64,000 nucleotides of DNA from Eledone cirrhosa (lineage: Eukaryota), in NCBI GenBank assembly GCA_964016885.1, contig OZ024740.1, positions 16,616,001-16,680,000 of the forward strand. Reading direction: 5' to 3'. The notes beneath the pieces were generated by a model, which was not told where the DNA came from, searched no databases, and saw only the letters and a program-made list of their open reading frames with translations. The position numbers and the translations under genes are program-made. Shown here one piece after another: positions 1 through 15,300 of this stretch. Position 1 is the stretch's first letter, and each line of letters starts with the position of its first letter.

Positions 1-3000
1 CAGAGCTTTACAGGGAGATATCAGTGTAAATATTGTGTCTTCTGGACAGAGGTTTACAAGGAGATATCAGTGTAAATATGGTGTCTTCTGGACAGAGCTT
101 TACCGGGAGATATCAGAGTAAATATGGTGGCTTCTGGACAGAGCTTTACAGGGAGATATCAGAGTAAATATGGTGGCTTCTAGACAAAGATTTACAGGGA
201 GACATCAGTGTAAATATAGTGGCTTCTGGAGAGAGGATTACAGGGAGACATGAGTGTAAATATGGTGGCTTCTAGACAGAGAATTACAGGGAGACATCAG
301 TGTAAATATGGTGTCTTCTGCACAGAGGTTTACAGGGAGATATCAGTGTAAATGTGGTGTCTTCTGGACAGAGCTTTACAGGGAGATATCAGAGTAAATA
401 TGGTGGCTTCTAGACAAAGCTTTACAGGGAGACATCAGTGTAAATATAATGGCTTCTGGAGAGAGGATTACAGGGAGACATCAGTGTAAATATGGTGGCT
501 TCTAGACAGAGGTTTACAGGGAGACATCAGTGTAAATATGGTGGCTTCTGGACAGAGCTTTACAGGGAGATATCAGTGTAAATATGGTGGCTTCTGGACA
601 GAGGTTTACAAGGAGACATCAGTGTAAATATGGTGGCTTCTGGACAGAGCTTTACAGGGAGACATTAGTGTAAATATGGTGGCTTCTAGACAGAGCTTTA
701 CAGGGAGATATCAGAGGAAATATAGTGGCTTCTGGACAGAGGTTTACAGGGGGACATCAGTGTAAATATGGTGGCATCTGGACAAAGGTTTACAGGGAGA
801 TATCAGTGTAAATATGGTGGCTTCTAGACAGAGCTTTACAGGGAGATATCAGAGTAAATATGGTGGCTTCTGGACAGAGGTTTACAGGGAGACATCAGTG
901 TAAATATGGTGGCTTCTAGACTGAGGTTTACAGGGAGAGATCAGTGTAAATATGGTGGCTTCTGGATAGAGGTTTACAGGTAGACATCAGTGTAAATATG
1001 TTGGCTTCTGGACAGAGGTTTACAGGGAGACATTAGTGTAAATATGGTTGCTTCTAGACAGAGGTTTATAGGGAGGAATCAGTGTAAATATGGTGGCTTC
1101 TAGACAGAGGTTTACAGGGAGACATCAGTGTAAATATGGTGGCTTCTAGACGGAGGTTTACAGGGAGATATCAGTGTAAGTATGGTGTTTTCTGGACAGA
1201 GGTTTACAGGGAGATATTAGTGTAAATATGGTGTCTTCTGGACAAAGCTTTACAGGGAGACATCAGTGTAAATATGGTGGCTTCTAGACAGAGGTTTACT
1301 GGGAGACATCAGTGTAAATATGGTGGCTTCTAGACAGAGCTTTACAGGGAGACAGCAGTGTAAATATGGTGGCTTCTAGACAGAGCTTTACAGGGAGACA
1401 TCAGTGTAAATATGGTGGCTTCTAGACAGAGGTTTACAGGGAGACATCAGTGTAAATATGGTGGCTTCTGGACAGAGGTTTACAGGGAGACATCAGTGTA
1501 AATATGGTGGCTTCTGGACAGAGGTTTACAGGGAGACATCAGTGTAAATATGTTGGCTTCTAGACAGAGGTTTACAGGGAGACATCAGTGTAAATATGGT
1601 GGCTTCTGGATAGAGGTTTACAGGGAGACATCAGTGTAAATATGGAGGCTTCTGGATAGAGGTTTACAGGGAGACATCAGTGTAAATATGGTGGCTTCTG
1701 GACAGTGGTTTACAGGGAGATATCAGTGTAAATATGGTGGCTTCTGGACAGAGGTTTACAGGGAGACATCAGTGTAAATATGGTGGCTTCTAGACAGATG
1801 TTTACAGGGAGACATCAGTGTAAATATGGTGGCTTCTAGACAGAGCTTTACAGGGAGATATCAGTGTAAATATGGTGGCTTCTGGAGAGAGGATTACAGG
1901 GAGACATCAGTGTAAATATGGTGGCATCTAGACAGAGATTTACAGGGAGACATCAGTGTAAATATTGTGTCTTCTGGACAGAGGTTTACAAGGAGATATC
2001 AGTGTAAATATGGTGTCTTCTGGACAGAGCTTTACAGGGAGATATCAGAGTAAATATAGTGGCTTCTGGACAGAGCTTTACAGGGAGATATCAGAGTAAA
2101 TATGGTGGCTTCTAGACAAAGATTTACAGGGAGACATCAGAGTAAATATAGTGGCTTCTGGAGAGAGGATTACAGGGAGACATCAGTGTAAATATGGTGG
2201 CTTCTAGAGAGAGATTTACAGGGAGACATCAGTGTAAATATGGTGTCTTCTGGACAGAGGTTTACAGGGAGATATCAGTGTAAATATGGTGTCTTCTGGA
2301 CAGAGGTTTACAGGGAGACATCAGTGTAAATATGGTGGCTTCTGGACAGAGGTTTACAGGGAGACATCAGTGTAAAAATGGTGGCTTCTGGACAGAGGTT
2401 TACAGGGAGACATCAGTGTAAATATGGTGGCTTCTGGACAGAGGTTTACAGGGAGACGTCAGTGTAAATATGTTGGCTTCTAGACAGAGGTTTACAGGGA
2501 GACATCAGTGTAAATATGGTGGCTTCTGGATAGAGGTTTACAGGGAGACATCAGTGTAAATATGGTGGCTTCTGGACAGAGGTTTACAGGGTGACATCAG
2601 TGTAAATATGGTGGCTTCTGGACAGAGGTTTACAGGGAGACATCAGAGTTAATATGGTGGCTTCTAGACAGAGCTTTACAGGGAGATATTAGAGTAAATA
2701 TGGTGGCTTTTAGACAAAGCTTTACAGGGAGACATCAGTGTAAATATGGTGGCTTCTAGACAGAGCTTTACAGGGAGACATCAGTGTAAATATGGTGGCT
2801 TCTAGACAAAGCTTTACAGGGAGACATCAGTGTAAATATGGTGGCTTCTAGACAAAGCTTTACAGCGAGACATCAGTGTAAATATGGTGGCTTCTTGACA
2901 GAGCTTTACAGGGAAACATCAGTGTAAATATGGTGGCTTCTGGATAGAGGTTTACAGGGAGACATCAGTGTAAATATGGTGGCTTCTGGACAGAGGTTTA

Positions 3001-6000
3001 CAGGGAGACATCAGTGTAAATATGGTGGCTTCTGGACAGAGGTTTACAGGGAGACATCAGAGTTAATATGGTGGCTTCTAGACAGAGCTTTGCAGGAGGA
3101 AATCAGAGTAAATATGGTGGCTTTTAGACAAAGCTTTACAGGGAGACATCAGTGTAAATATGGTGGCTTCTGGACAGAGGTTTACAGGGAGATATCAGAC
3201 TAAATATAGTGGCTTCTAGACAGAGGTTTAGAGGGATATTTTAGTTTAAATATGGTGGCTTCTGGACAAAGGTTTACAGGGAGACATCAGTGTAAATATG
3301 GTGGCTTCTAGACAGAGCTTTACAGGGAGATATCAGTGTAAATATGGTGGCTTCTGGATAGAGGTTTACAAGGAGATATCAGTGTAAATATGGTGGCGTC
3401 TGGACAAAGGTTTACAGGGACACAGTGTAAATATGGTGGCTTCTAGACAGAGCTTTACAGGGAGATATCAGTGTTAATATGGTGGCTTCTAGACAGAGCT
3501 TTACAGGGAGATATCAGTGTAAATATGGTGGCTTCTAAACAAAGCTTTACAGGGAAACATCAGTGTAAATATGGTGGCTTCTTGACAGAGCTTTACAGGT
3601 AGATATCAGTGTAAATATTGTGTCTTCTGGACAGAGGTTTACAAGGAGATATCAGAGTAAATATGGTGGCTTCTGGACAGAGCTTTACAGGGAGATATCA
3701 GAGTAAATATGGTGGCTTCTAGACAAAGATTTACAGGGAGACATCAGTGTAAATATTGTGGCTTCTGGAGAGAGGATTACAGGGAGACATGAGTGTAAAT
3801 ATGGTGGCTTCTAGACAGAGAATTACATGGAGACATCAGTGTAAATATGGTGTCTTCTGGACAGAGGTTTACAGGGAGATATCAGTGTAAATGTGGTGTC
3901 TTCTGGACAGAGCTTTACAGGGAGATATCAGAGTAAATATGGTGGCTTCTAGACAAAGCGTTACAGGGAGACATCAGTGTAAATATAATGGCTTCTGGAG
4001 AGAGGATTACAGGGAGACATCAGTGTAAATATGGTGGCTTCTGGACAGAGCTTTACAGGGAGATATCAGTGTAAATATGGTGGCTTCTGGACAGAGGTTT
4101 ACAAGGAGACATCAGTGTAAATATGGTGGCTTCTGGACAGAGCTTTACAGGGAGACATTAGTGTAAATATGGTGGCTTCTAGACAGAGCTTTACAGGGAG
4201 ATATCAGAGGAAATATAGTGGCTTCTGGACAGAGGTTTACAGGGAGACATCAGTGTAAATATGGTGGCATCTGGACAAAGGTTTACAGGGAGACATCAGT
4301 GTAAATATGGTGGCTTCTAGACAGAGCTTTACAGGGAGATATCAGAGTAAATATGGTGGCTTCTGGACAGAGGTTTACAGGGAGACATCAGTGTAAATAT
4401 GGTGGCTTCTAGACTGAGGTTTACAGGGAGACATCAGTGTAAATATGGTGGCTTCTGGATAGAGGTTTACAGGTAGACATCAGTGTAAATATGTTGGCTT
4501 CTGGACAGAGGTTTACAGGGAGACATTAGTGTAAATATGGTTGCTTCTAGACAGAGGTTTACAGGGAGACATCAGTGTAAATATGGTGGCTTCTAGACAG
4601 AGGTTTACAGGGAGACATCAGTGTAAATATGGTGGCTTCTAGACGGAGGTTTACAGGGAGATATCAGTGTAAGTATGGTGTTTTCTGGACAGAGGTTTAC
4701 AGGGAGATATTAGTGTAAATATGGTGTCTTCTGGACAAAGCTTTACAGGGAGACATCAGTGTAAATATGGTGGCTTCTAGACAGAGGTTTACTGGGAGAC
4801 ATCAGTGTAAATATGGTGGCTTCTAGACAGAGATTTACAGGGAGACAGCAGTGTAAATATGGTGGCTTCTAGACAGAGCTTTACAGGGAGATATCAGTGT
4901 AAATATGGTGGCTTCTAGACAGAGGTTTACAGGGAGACATCAGTGTAAATATGGTGGCTTCTGGACAGAGGTTTCCAGGGAGACATCAGTGTAAATATGG
5001 TGGCTTCTGGACAGAGGTTTACAGGGAGACATCAGTGTAAATATGTTGGCTTCTAGACAGAGGTTTACAGGGAGACATCAGTGTAAATATGGTGGCTTCT
5101 GGATAGAGGTTTACAGGGAGACATCAGTGTAAATATGGTGGCTTCTGGACAGTGGTTTACAGGGAGATATCAGTGTAAATATGGTGGCTTCTGGACAGAG
5201 GTTTACAGGGAGACATCAGTGTAAATATGGTGTCTTCTGGACAGAGGTTTACAAGGAGATATCAGTGTAAATATGGTGTCTTCTGGACAGAGCTTTACAG
5301 GGAGATATCAGAGTAAATATGGTGGCTTCTGGAGAGAGCTTTACAGGGAGATATCAGAGTAAATATGGTGGCTTCTAGACAAAGATTTACAGGGAGACAT
5401 CAGAATAAATATAGTGGCTTCTGGAGAGAGGATTACAGGGAGACATCAGTGTAAATATGGTGGCTTCTAGACAGAGATTTACAGGGAGACATCAGTGTAA
5501 ATATGGTGTCTTCTGGACAGAGGTTTACAGGGAGATATCAGTGTAAATATGGTGTCTTCTGGACAGAGGTTTACAGGGAGACATCAGTGTAAATATGGTG
5601 GCTTCTGGACAGAGGTTTACAGGGAGACATCAGTGTAAAAATGGTGGCTTCTGGACAGAGGTTTACAGGGAGACATCAGTGTAAATATGGTGGCTTCTGG
5701 ACAGAGGTTTACAGGGAGACGTCAGTGTAAATATGTTGGCTTCTAGACAGAGGTTTACAGGGAGACATCAGTGTAAATATGGTGGCTTCTGGATAGAGGT
5801 TTACAGGGAGACATCAGTGTAAATATGGTGGCTTCTGGACAGAGGTTTACAGGGTGACATCAGTGTAAATATGGTGGCTTCTGGACAGAGGTTTACAGGG
5901 AGACATCAGAGTTAATATGGTGGCTTCTAGACAGAGCTTTACAGGGAGATATCAGAGTAAATATGGTGGCTTTTAGACAAAGCTTTACAGGGAGACATCA

Positions 6001-6300
6001 GTGTAAATATGGTGGCTTCTAGACAGAGCTTTACAGGGAGACATCAGTGTAAATATGGTGGCTTCTAGACAAAGCTTTACAGGGAGACATCAGTGTAAAT
6101 ATGGTGGCTTCTAGACAAAGCTTTACAGGGAGACATCAGTGTAAATATGGTGGCTTCTTGACAGAGCTTTACAGGGAAACATCAGTGTAAATATGGTGGC
6201 TTCTGGATAGAAGTTTACAGGGAGACATCAGTGTAAATATGGTGGCTTCTGGACAGAGGTTTACAGGGAGACATCAGTGTAAATATGGTGGCTTCTGGAC
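1..6300. repeat. Higher-order tandem duplication, ~3.3-3.5 kb unit, copies differ by whole-monomer losses
   Basis: Rare variants recur: CATGAGTG at ~249/~3788 and TATAATGG at ~445/~3984 (offset 3539 = 77x46-3), GACAGCAG at 1351/4844 (offset 3493), GACGTC at 2455/5718 (offset 3263). Confidence 0.85.
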
Positions 6301-9300
6301 AGAGGTTTACAGGGAGTCATCAGTGTAAATATGGTGGCTTCTAGACAAAGCTTTACAGGGAGACATCAGTCTAAATATGGTGGCTTCTAGACAAGGCTTT
6401 ACAGGGAGACATCAGTGTAAATATGGTGGCTTCTAGACAGAGCTTTACAGGGAGACATCAGTGTAAATATGGTGGCTTCTAGACAAAGCTTTACAGGGAG
6501 ACATCAGTCTAAATATGGTGGCTTCTAGACAAGGCTTTACAGGGAGACATCAGTGTAAATATGGTGGCTTCTTGACAGAGCTTTACAGGGAAACATCAGT
6601 GTAAATATGGTGGCTTCTGGATAGAGGTTTACAGGGAGACATCAGTGTAAATATGGTGGCTTCTGGACAGAGGTTTACAGGGAGACATCAGTGTAAATAT
6701 GGTGGCTTCTGGACAGAGGTTTACAGGGAGACATCAGTGTAAATATGGTGGCTTCTGGACAGAGGTTTAGAGGGAGATATCAGAGTAAATATGGTGGCTT
6801 CTAGACAGAGCTTTACAGGGAGATATCAGTGTAAATATGGTGGCTTCTGGACAGAGGTTTACAAGGAGACATCAGTGTAAATATGGTGGCATCTGGACAA
6901 AGGTTTACAGGGACACAGTGTAAATATGGTGGCTTCTAGACAGAGCTTTACAGGGAGATATCAGAATAAATATGGTGTCTTCTGGACAGAGGTTTACAGG
7001 GAGACATCAGTGTAAATATGGTGGCTTCTAGACTGAGGTTTACAGGGAGACATCAGTGTAAATATGGTGGCTTCTGGATAGAGGTTTACAGGTAGACATC
7101 AGTGTAAATATGGTGGCTTCTGGACAGAGGTTTACAGGGAGACATTAGTGTAAATATGGTGGCTTCTGGACAGAGCTTTACAGGGAGATATCAGAGTAAA
7201 TATGGTGGCTTCTGAACAGAGCTTTACAGGGAGACATCAGTGTAAATATGGTGGCTTCTAGACAGAGGTTTACAGGGAGACATCAGTGTAAAGATGGTGG
7301 CTTCTAGACAGAGGTTTACAGGGAGACATCAGTGTAAATATGGTGGCTTCTAGACGGAGGTTTACAGGGAGATATCAGTGTAAAAATGGTGTTTTCTGCA
7401 CAGAGGTTTACAAGGAGATATCAGTGTAAATATGGTGTCTTTTGGACAGAGCTTTACAGGGAGATATCAGAGTAAATATGGTGGCTTCTGGACAGAGGTT
7501 TACAGGGAGATATCAGAGTAAATATGGTGGCTTCTAGACAAAGCTTTACAGGGAGACATCAGTGTAAATATAGTGGCTTCTGGAGAGAGGATTACAGGGA
7601 GACATCAGTGTAAATATGGTGGCTTCTAGACTGAGGTTTACAGGGAGACAGCAGTGTAAATATGGTGTCTTCTGGACAGAGGTTTACAGGGAGATATCAG
7701 TGTAAATATGGTGTCTTCTGGACAGAGCTTTACAGGGAGATATCAGTGTAAATATGGTGGCTTCTGGACAGAGGTTTACAAGGAGACATCAGTGTAAATA
7801 TGGTGGCATCTGGACAAAGGTTTACAGGGACACAGTGTAAATATGGTGGCTTCTAGACAGAGCTTTACAGGGAGATATCAGAGTAAATATGGTGTCTTCT
7901 GGACAGAGGTTTACAGGGAGACATCAGTGTAAATATGGTGGTTTCTAGACTGAGGTTTACAGGGAGACATCAGTGTAAATATGGTGTCTTCTGGACAGAG
8001 GTTTACAGGGAGATATCAGTGTAAATATGGTGTCTTCTGGACAGAGGTTTACAGGGAGACATCAGTGTAAATATGGTGGCTTCTGGACAGAGGTTTACAG
8101 GGAGACATCAGTGTAAAAATGGTGGCTTCTGGACAGAGGTTTACAGGGAGACATAAGTGTAAATATGGTGGCTTCTGGACAGAGCTTTACAGGGAGACGT
8201 CAGTGTAAATATGTTGGCTTCTAGACAGAGGTTTACAGGGAGACATCAGTGTAAATATGGTGGCTTCTGGATAGAGGTTTACAGGGAGACATCAGTGTAA
8301 ATATGGTGGCTTCTGGACAGAGGTTTACAGGGTGACATCAGTGTAAATATGGTGGCTTCTGGACAGAGGTTTACAGGGAGACATCAGAGTTAATATGGTG
8401 GCTTCTAGACAGAGCTTTACAGGGAGATATCAGAGTAAATATGGTGGCTTTTAGACAAAGCTTTACAGGGAGACATCAGTGTAAATATGGTGGCTTCTAG
8501 ACGGAGCTTTACAGGGAGACATCAGTGTAAATATGGTGGCTTCTAGACAAAGCTTTACAGGGAGACATCAGTGTAAATATGGTGGCTTCTAGACAAAGCT
8601 TTACAGGGAGACATCAGTGTAAATATGGTGGCTTCTGGACAGAGGTTTACAGGGAGACATCAGTGTAAATATGGTGGCTTCTAGACAAAGCTTTACAGGG
8701 AGACATCAGTGTAAATATGGTGGCTTCTAGACAAAGCTTTACAGGGAGACATCAGTGTAAATATGGTGGCTTCTAGACAAAGCTTTACAGGGAGACATCA
8801 GTGTAAATATGGAGGCTTCTGGACAGAGGTTTACAGGGAGACATCAGTGTAAATATGGTGGCTTCTGGACAGAGGTTTACAGGGAGACATCAGAGTTAAT
8901 ATGGTGGCTTCTAGACAGAGCTTTGCAGGAAGATATCAGAGTAAATATGGTGGCTTTTAGACAAAGCTTTACAGGGAGACATCAGTGTAAATATGGTGGC
9001 TTCTAGACAGAGCTTTACAGGGAGACATCAGTGTAAATATGGTGGCTTCTAGACAAAGCTTTACAGGGAGACATCAGTCTAAATATGGTGGCTTCTAGAC
9101 AAGGCTTTAGAGGGAGACATCAGTGTAAATATGGTGGCTTCTTGACAGAGCTTTACAGGGAAACATCAGTGTAAATATGGTGGCTTCTGGATAGAGGTTT
9201 ACAGGGAGACATCAGTGTAAATATGGTGGCTTCTGGACAGAGGTTTACAGGGAGACATCAGTGTAAATATGGTGGCTTCTGGACAGAGGTTTAGAGGGAG

Positions 9301-12300
9301 ATATCAGAGTAAATATGGTGGCTTCTAGACAGAGGTTTACAGGGATATTTTAGTGTAAATATGGTGGCTTCTGGACAGAGGTTTACAGGGAGACATTAGT
9401 GTAAATATGGTGGCTTCTAGACAGAGCTTTACAGGGAGATATCAGAGTAAATATGGTGGCTTCTGAACAGAGCTTTACAGGGAGACATCAGTGTAAATAT
9501 GGTGGCTTCTAGACAGAGGTTTACAGGGAGACATCAGTGTAAAGATGGTGGCTTCTAGACAGAGGTTTACAGGGAGACATCAGTGTAAATATGGTGGCTT
9601 CTAGACGGAGGTTTACAGGGAGATATCAGTGTAAAAATGGTGTTTTCTGGACAGAGGTTTACAAGGAGATATCAGTGTAAATATGGTGTCTTTTGGACAG
9701 AGCTTTACAGGGAGACATCAGTGTAAATATAGTGGCTTCTGGAGAGAGGATTACAGGGAGACATCAGTGTAAATATGGTGGCTTCTAGACTGAGGTTTAC
9801 AGGGAGACATCAGTGTAAATATGGTGTCTTCTGGACAGAGGTTTACAGGGAGATATCAGTGTAAATATGGTGTCTTCTGGACAGAGCTTTACAGGGAGAT
9901 ATCAGTGTAAATATGGTGGCTTCTGGACAGAGGTTTACAAGGAGACATCAGTGTAAATATGGTGGCATCTGGACAAAGGTTTACAGGGACACAGTGTAAA
10001 TATGGTGGCTTCTAGACAGAGCTTTACAGGGAGATATCAGAGTAAATATGGTGTCTTCTGGACAGAGGTTTACAGGGAGACATCAGTGTAAATATGGTGG
10101 TTTCTAGACTGAGGTTTACAGGGAGATATCAGTGTAAATATGGTGTCTTCTGGACAGAGGTTTACAGGGAGACATCAGTGTAAATATGGTGGCTTCTGGA
10201 CAGAGGTTTACAGGGAGACATCAGTGTAAAAATGGTGGCTTCTGGACAGAGGTTTACAGGGAGACATCAGTGTAAATATGGTGGCTTCTGGACAGAGCTT
10301 TACAGGGAGACGTCAGTGTAAATATGTTGGCTTCTAGACAGAGGTTTACAGGGAGACATCAGTGTAAATATGGTGGCTTCTGGATAGAGGTTTACAGGGA
10401 GACATCAGTGTAAATATGGTGGCTTCTGGACAGAGGTTTACAGGGTGACATCAGTGTAAATATGGTGGCTTCTGGACAGAGGTTTACAGGGAGACATCAG
10501 AGTTAATATGGTGGCTTCTAGACAGAGCTTTACAGGGAGATATCAGAGTAAATATGGTGGCTTTTAGACAAAGCTTTACAGGGAGACATCAGTGTAAATA
10601 TGGTGGCTTCTAGACAGAGCTTTACAGGGAGACATCAGTGTAAATATGGTGGCTTCTAGACAAAGCTTTACAGGGAGACATCAGTGTAAATATGGTGGCT
10701 TCTAGACAAAGCTTTACAGGGAGACATCAGTGTAAATATGGTGGCTTCTTGACAGAGCTTTACAGGGAAACATCAGTGTAAATATGGTGGCTTCTGGATA
10801 GAGGTTTACAGGGAGACATCAGTGTAAATATGGTGGCTTCTGGACAGAGGTTTACAGGGAGACATCAGTGTAAATATGGTGGCTTCTGGACAGAGGTTTA
10901 CAGGGAGACATCAGAGTTAATATGGTGGTTTCTAGACAGAGCTTTGCAGGAAGATATCAGAGTAAATATGGTGGCTTTTAGACAAAGCTTTACAGGGAGA
11001 CATCAGTGTAAATATGGTGGCTTCTAGACAGAGCTTTACAGGGAGACATCAGTGTAAATATGGTGGCTTCTGGACAGAGGTTTACAGGGAGACATCAGTG
11101 TAAATATGGTGGCTTCTGGACAGAGGTTTACAGGGAGATATCAGAGTAAATATGGTGGCTTCTAGACAGAGGTTTACAGGGATACTTTAGTGTAAATATG
11201 GTGGCTTCTGGACAGAGGTTTACAGGGAGACATCAGTGTAAATATGGTGGCTTCTAGACAGAGCTTTACAGGGAGATATCAGTGTAAATATGGTGGCTTC
11301 TAGACGCAGGTTTACAGGGAGATATCAGTGTAAATATGGTGGCTTCTAGACGCAGGTTTACAGGGAGATATCAGTGTAAATATGGTGTTTTCTGGACAGA
11401 GGTTTACAAGTAGATATCAGTGTAAATATGGTGTCTTCTGGACAGAGGTTTACAGGGAGACATCAGTGTAAATATGGTGGCTTCTAGACTGAGGTTTACA
11501 GGGAGACATCAGTGTAAATATGGTGGCTTCTGGATAGAGGTTTACAGGTAGACATCAGTGTAAATATGGTGGCTTCTGGACAGAGGTTTACAGGGAGCCA
11601 TTAGTGTAAATATGGTGGCTTCTAGACAGAGCTTTACAGGGAGATATCAGAGTAAATATGGTGGCTTCTGAACAGAGATTTACAGGGAGACATCAGTGTA
11701 AATATGGTGGCTTCTAGACAGAGGTTTACAGGGAGACATCAGTGTAAATATGGTGGCTTCTAGACAGAGGTTTACAGGGAGACATCAGTGTAAATATGGT
11801 GGCTTCTAGACGCAGGTTTACAGGGAGATATCAGTGTAAATATGGTGTTTTCTGGACAGAGGTTTACAAGGAGATATCAGTGTAAATATGGTGTCTTTTG
11901 GACAGAGCTTTACAGGGAGATATCAGAGTAAATATGGTGGGTTCTAGACAAAGCTTTACAGGGAGACATCAGTGTAAATATAGTGGCTTCTGGAGAGAGG
12001 ATTACAGGGAGACATCAGTGTAAATATGGTGGCTTCTAGGCAGAGGTTTACAGGGGGACATCAGTGTAAATATGGTGGCTTCTAGACAGAGCTTTACAGG
12101 GAGATATCAGTGTACATATGGTGGCTTCTGGACAGAGGTTTACAAGGAGACATCAGTGTAAATATGGTGGCTTCTAGACAGAGCTTTACAGGGAGACATT
12201 AGTGTAAATATGGTGGCTTCTAGACAGAGCTTTACAGGGAGAGATCAGTGTAAATATGGTGGCTTCTAGACAAAGCTTTACAGGGAGACATCAGTCTAAA

Positions 12301-15300
12301 TATGGTGGCTTCTAGACAAGGCTTTACAGGGAGACATCAGTGTAAATATGGTGGCTTCTTGACAGAGCTTTACAGGGAAACATCAGTGTAAATATGGTGG
12401 CTTCTGGATAGAGGTTTACAGGGAGACATCAGTGTAAATATGGTGGCTTCTGGACAGAGGTTTACAGGGAGACATCAGTGTAAATATGGTGGCTTCTGGG
12501 CAGAGGTTTACAGGGAGATATCAGAGTAAATATGGTGGCTTCTAGACAGAGGTTTACAGGGATATTTTAGTGTAAATATGGTGGCTTCTGGACAGAGGTT
12601 TACAGGGAGACATCAGTGTAAATATGGTGGCTTCTAGACAGAGCTTTACAGGGAGATATCAGTGTAAATATGGTGGCTTCTGGACAGAGGTTTACAAGGA
12701 GACATCAGTGTAAATATGGTGGCTTCTAGACAGAGCTTTACAGGGAGACATCAGTGTAAATATGGTGGCTTCTGGATAGAGGTTTACAGGTAGACATCAG
12801 TGTAAATATGGTGGCTTCTGGACAGAGGTTTACAGGGAGACATTAGTGTAAATATGGTGGCTTCTAGACAGAGCTTTACAGGGAGATATCAGAGTAAATA
12901 TGGTGGCTTCTGAACAGAGCTTTACAGGGAGACATCAGTGTAAATATGGTGGCTTCTAGACAGAGGTTTACAGGGAGACATCAGTGTAAATATGGTGGCT
13001 TCTAGACAGAGGTTTACAGGGAGACATCAGTGTAAATATGGTGGCTTCTAGACGGAGGTTTTCAGGGAGATATCAGTGTAAATATGGTGTTTTCTGGACA
13101 GAGGTTTACAAGGAGATATCAGTGTAAATATGGTGTCTTTTGGACAGAGCTTTACAGGGAGATATCAGAGTAAATATGGTGGCTTCTGGACAGAGCTTTA
13201 CAGGGAGATATCAGAGTAAATATGGTGGCTTCTAGACAAAGCTTTACAGGGAGACATCAGTGTAAATATAGTGGCTTCTGGAGAGAGGATTACAGGGAGA
13301 CATCAGTGTAAATATGGTGGCTTCTAGACAGAGATTTACAGGGAGACATCAGTGTAAATATGGTGTCTTCTGGACAGAGGTTTACAGGGAGACATCAGTG
13401 TAAATATGGTGGCTTCTGGACAGAGGTTTACAGGGAGACATCAGTGTAAAAATGGTGGCTTCTGGACAGAGGTTTACAGGGAGACATCAGTGTAAATATG
13501 GTGGCTTCTGGACAGAGCTTTACTGGGAGACGTCAGTGTAAATATATTGGCTTCTAGACAGAGGTTTACAGGGAGACATCAGTGTAAATATGGTGGCTTC
13601 TGGATAGAGGTTTACAGGGAGACATCAGTGTAAATATGGTGGCTTCTGGACAGAGGTTTACAGGGAGATATCAGTGTAAATATGGTGGCTTCTAGACAGA
13701 GCTTTACAGGGAGATATCAGTGTAAATATGGTGGCTTCTGGACAGAGGTTTACAAGGAGACATCAGTGTAAATATGGTGGCATCTGGACAAAGGTTTACA
13801 GGGACACAGTGTAAATATGGTGGCTTCTAGACAGAGCTTTGCAGGAAGATATCAGAGTAAATATGGTGGCTTTTAGACAAAGCTTTACAGGGAGACATCA
13901 GTGTAAATATGGTGGCTTCTAGACAGAGCTTTACAGGGAGACATCAGTGTAAATATGGTGGCTTCTAGACAAAGCTTTACAGGGAGACATCAGTCTAAAT
14001 ATGGTGGCTTCTAGACAGGGCTTTACAGGAAGACATCAGTGTAAATATGGTGGCTTCTTGACAGAGCTTTACAGGGAAACATCAGTGTAAATATGGTGGC
14101 TTCTGGATAGAGGTTTACAGGGAGACATCAGTGTAAATATGGTGGCTTCTGGACAGAGGTTTACAGGGAGACATCAGTGTAAATATGGTGGCTTCTGGAC
14201 AGAGGTTTACAGGGAGATATCAGAGTAAATATGGTGGCTTCTAGACAGAGGTTTACAGGGATATTTTAGTGTAAATATGGTGGCTTCTGGACAGAGGTTT
14301 ACAGGGAGACATCAGTGTAAATATGGTGGCTTCTAGACAGAGCTTTACAGGGAGATATCAGTGTAAATATGGTGGCTTCTGGACAGAGGTTTACAAGGAG
14401 ACATCAGTGTAAATATGGTGGGTTCTAGACTGAGGTTTACAGGGAGACATCAGTGTAAATATGGTGGCTTCTGGATAGAGGTTTACAGGTAGACATCAGT
14501 GTAAATATGGTGGCTTCTGGACAGAGGTTTACAGGGAGACATTAGTGTAAATATGGTGGCTTCTAGACAGAGCTTTACAGGGAGATATCAGAGTAAATAT
14601 GGTGGCTTCTGAACAGAGCTTTACAGGGAGACATCAGTGTAAATATGGTGGCTTCTAGACAGAGGTTTACAGGGAGACATCAGTGTAAATATGGTGGCTT
14701 CTAGACAGAGGTTTACAGGGAGACATCAGTGTAAATATGGTGGCTTCTAGACGGAGGTTTACAGGGAGATATCAGTGTAAATATGGTGTTTTCTGGACAG
14801 AGGTTTACAAGGAGATATCAGTGTAAATATGGTGTCTTTTGGACAGAGCTTTACAGGGAGATATCAGAGCAAATATGGTGTCTTCTGGACAGAGCTTTAC
14901 AGGGAGATATCAGAGTAAATATGGTGGCTTCTAGACAAAGCTTTACAGGGAGACATCAGTGTAAATATAGTGGCTTCTGGAGAGAGGATTACAGGGAGAC
15001 ATCAGTGTAAATATGGTGACTTCTAGACAGAGATTTACAGGGAGACATCAGTGTAAATATGGTGTCTTCTGGACAGAGGTTTACAGGGAGACATCAGTGT
15101 AAAAATGGTGGCTTCTGGACAGAGGTTTACAGGGAGACATCAGAGTTAATATGGTGGCTTCTAGACAGAGCTTTGCAGGAAGATATCAGAGTAAATATGG
15201 TGGCTTTTAGACAAAGCTTTACAGGGAGACATCAGTGTAAATATGGTGGCTTCTAGACAGAGCTTTACAGGGAGACATCAGTGTAAATATGGTGGCTTCT

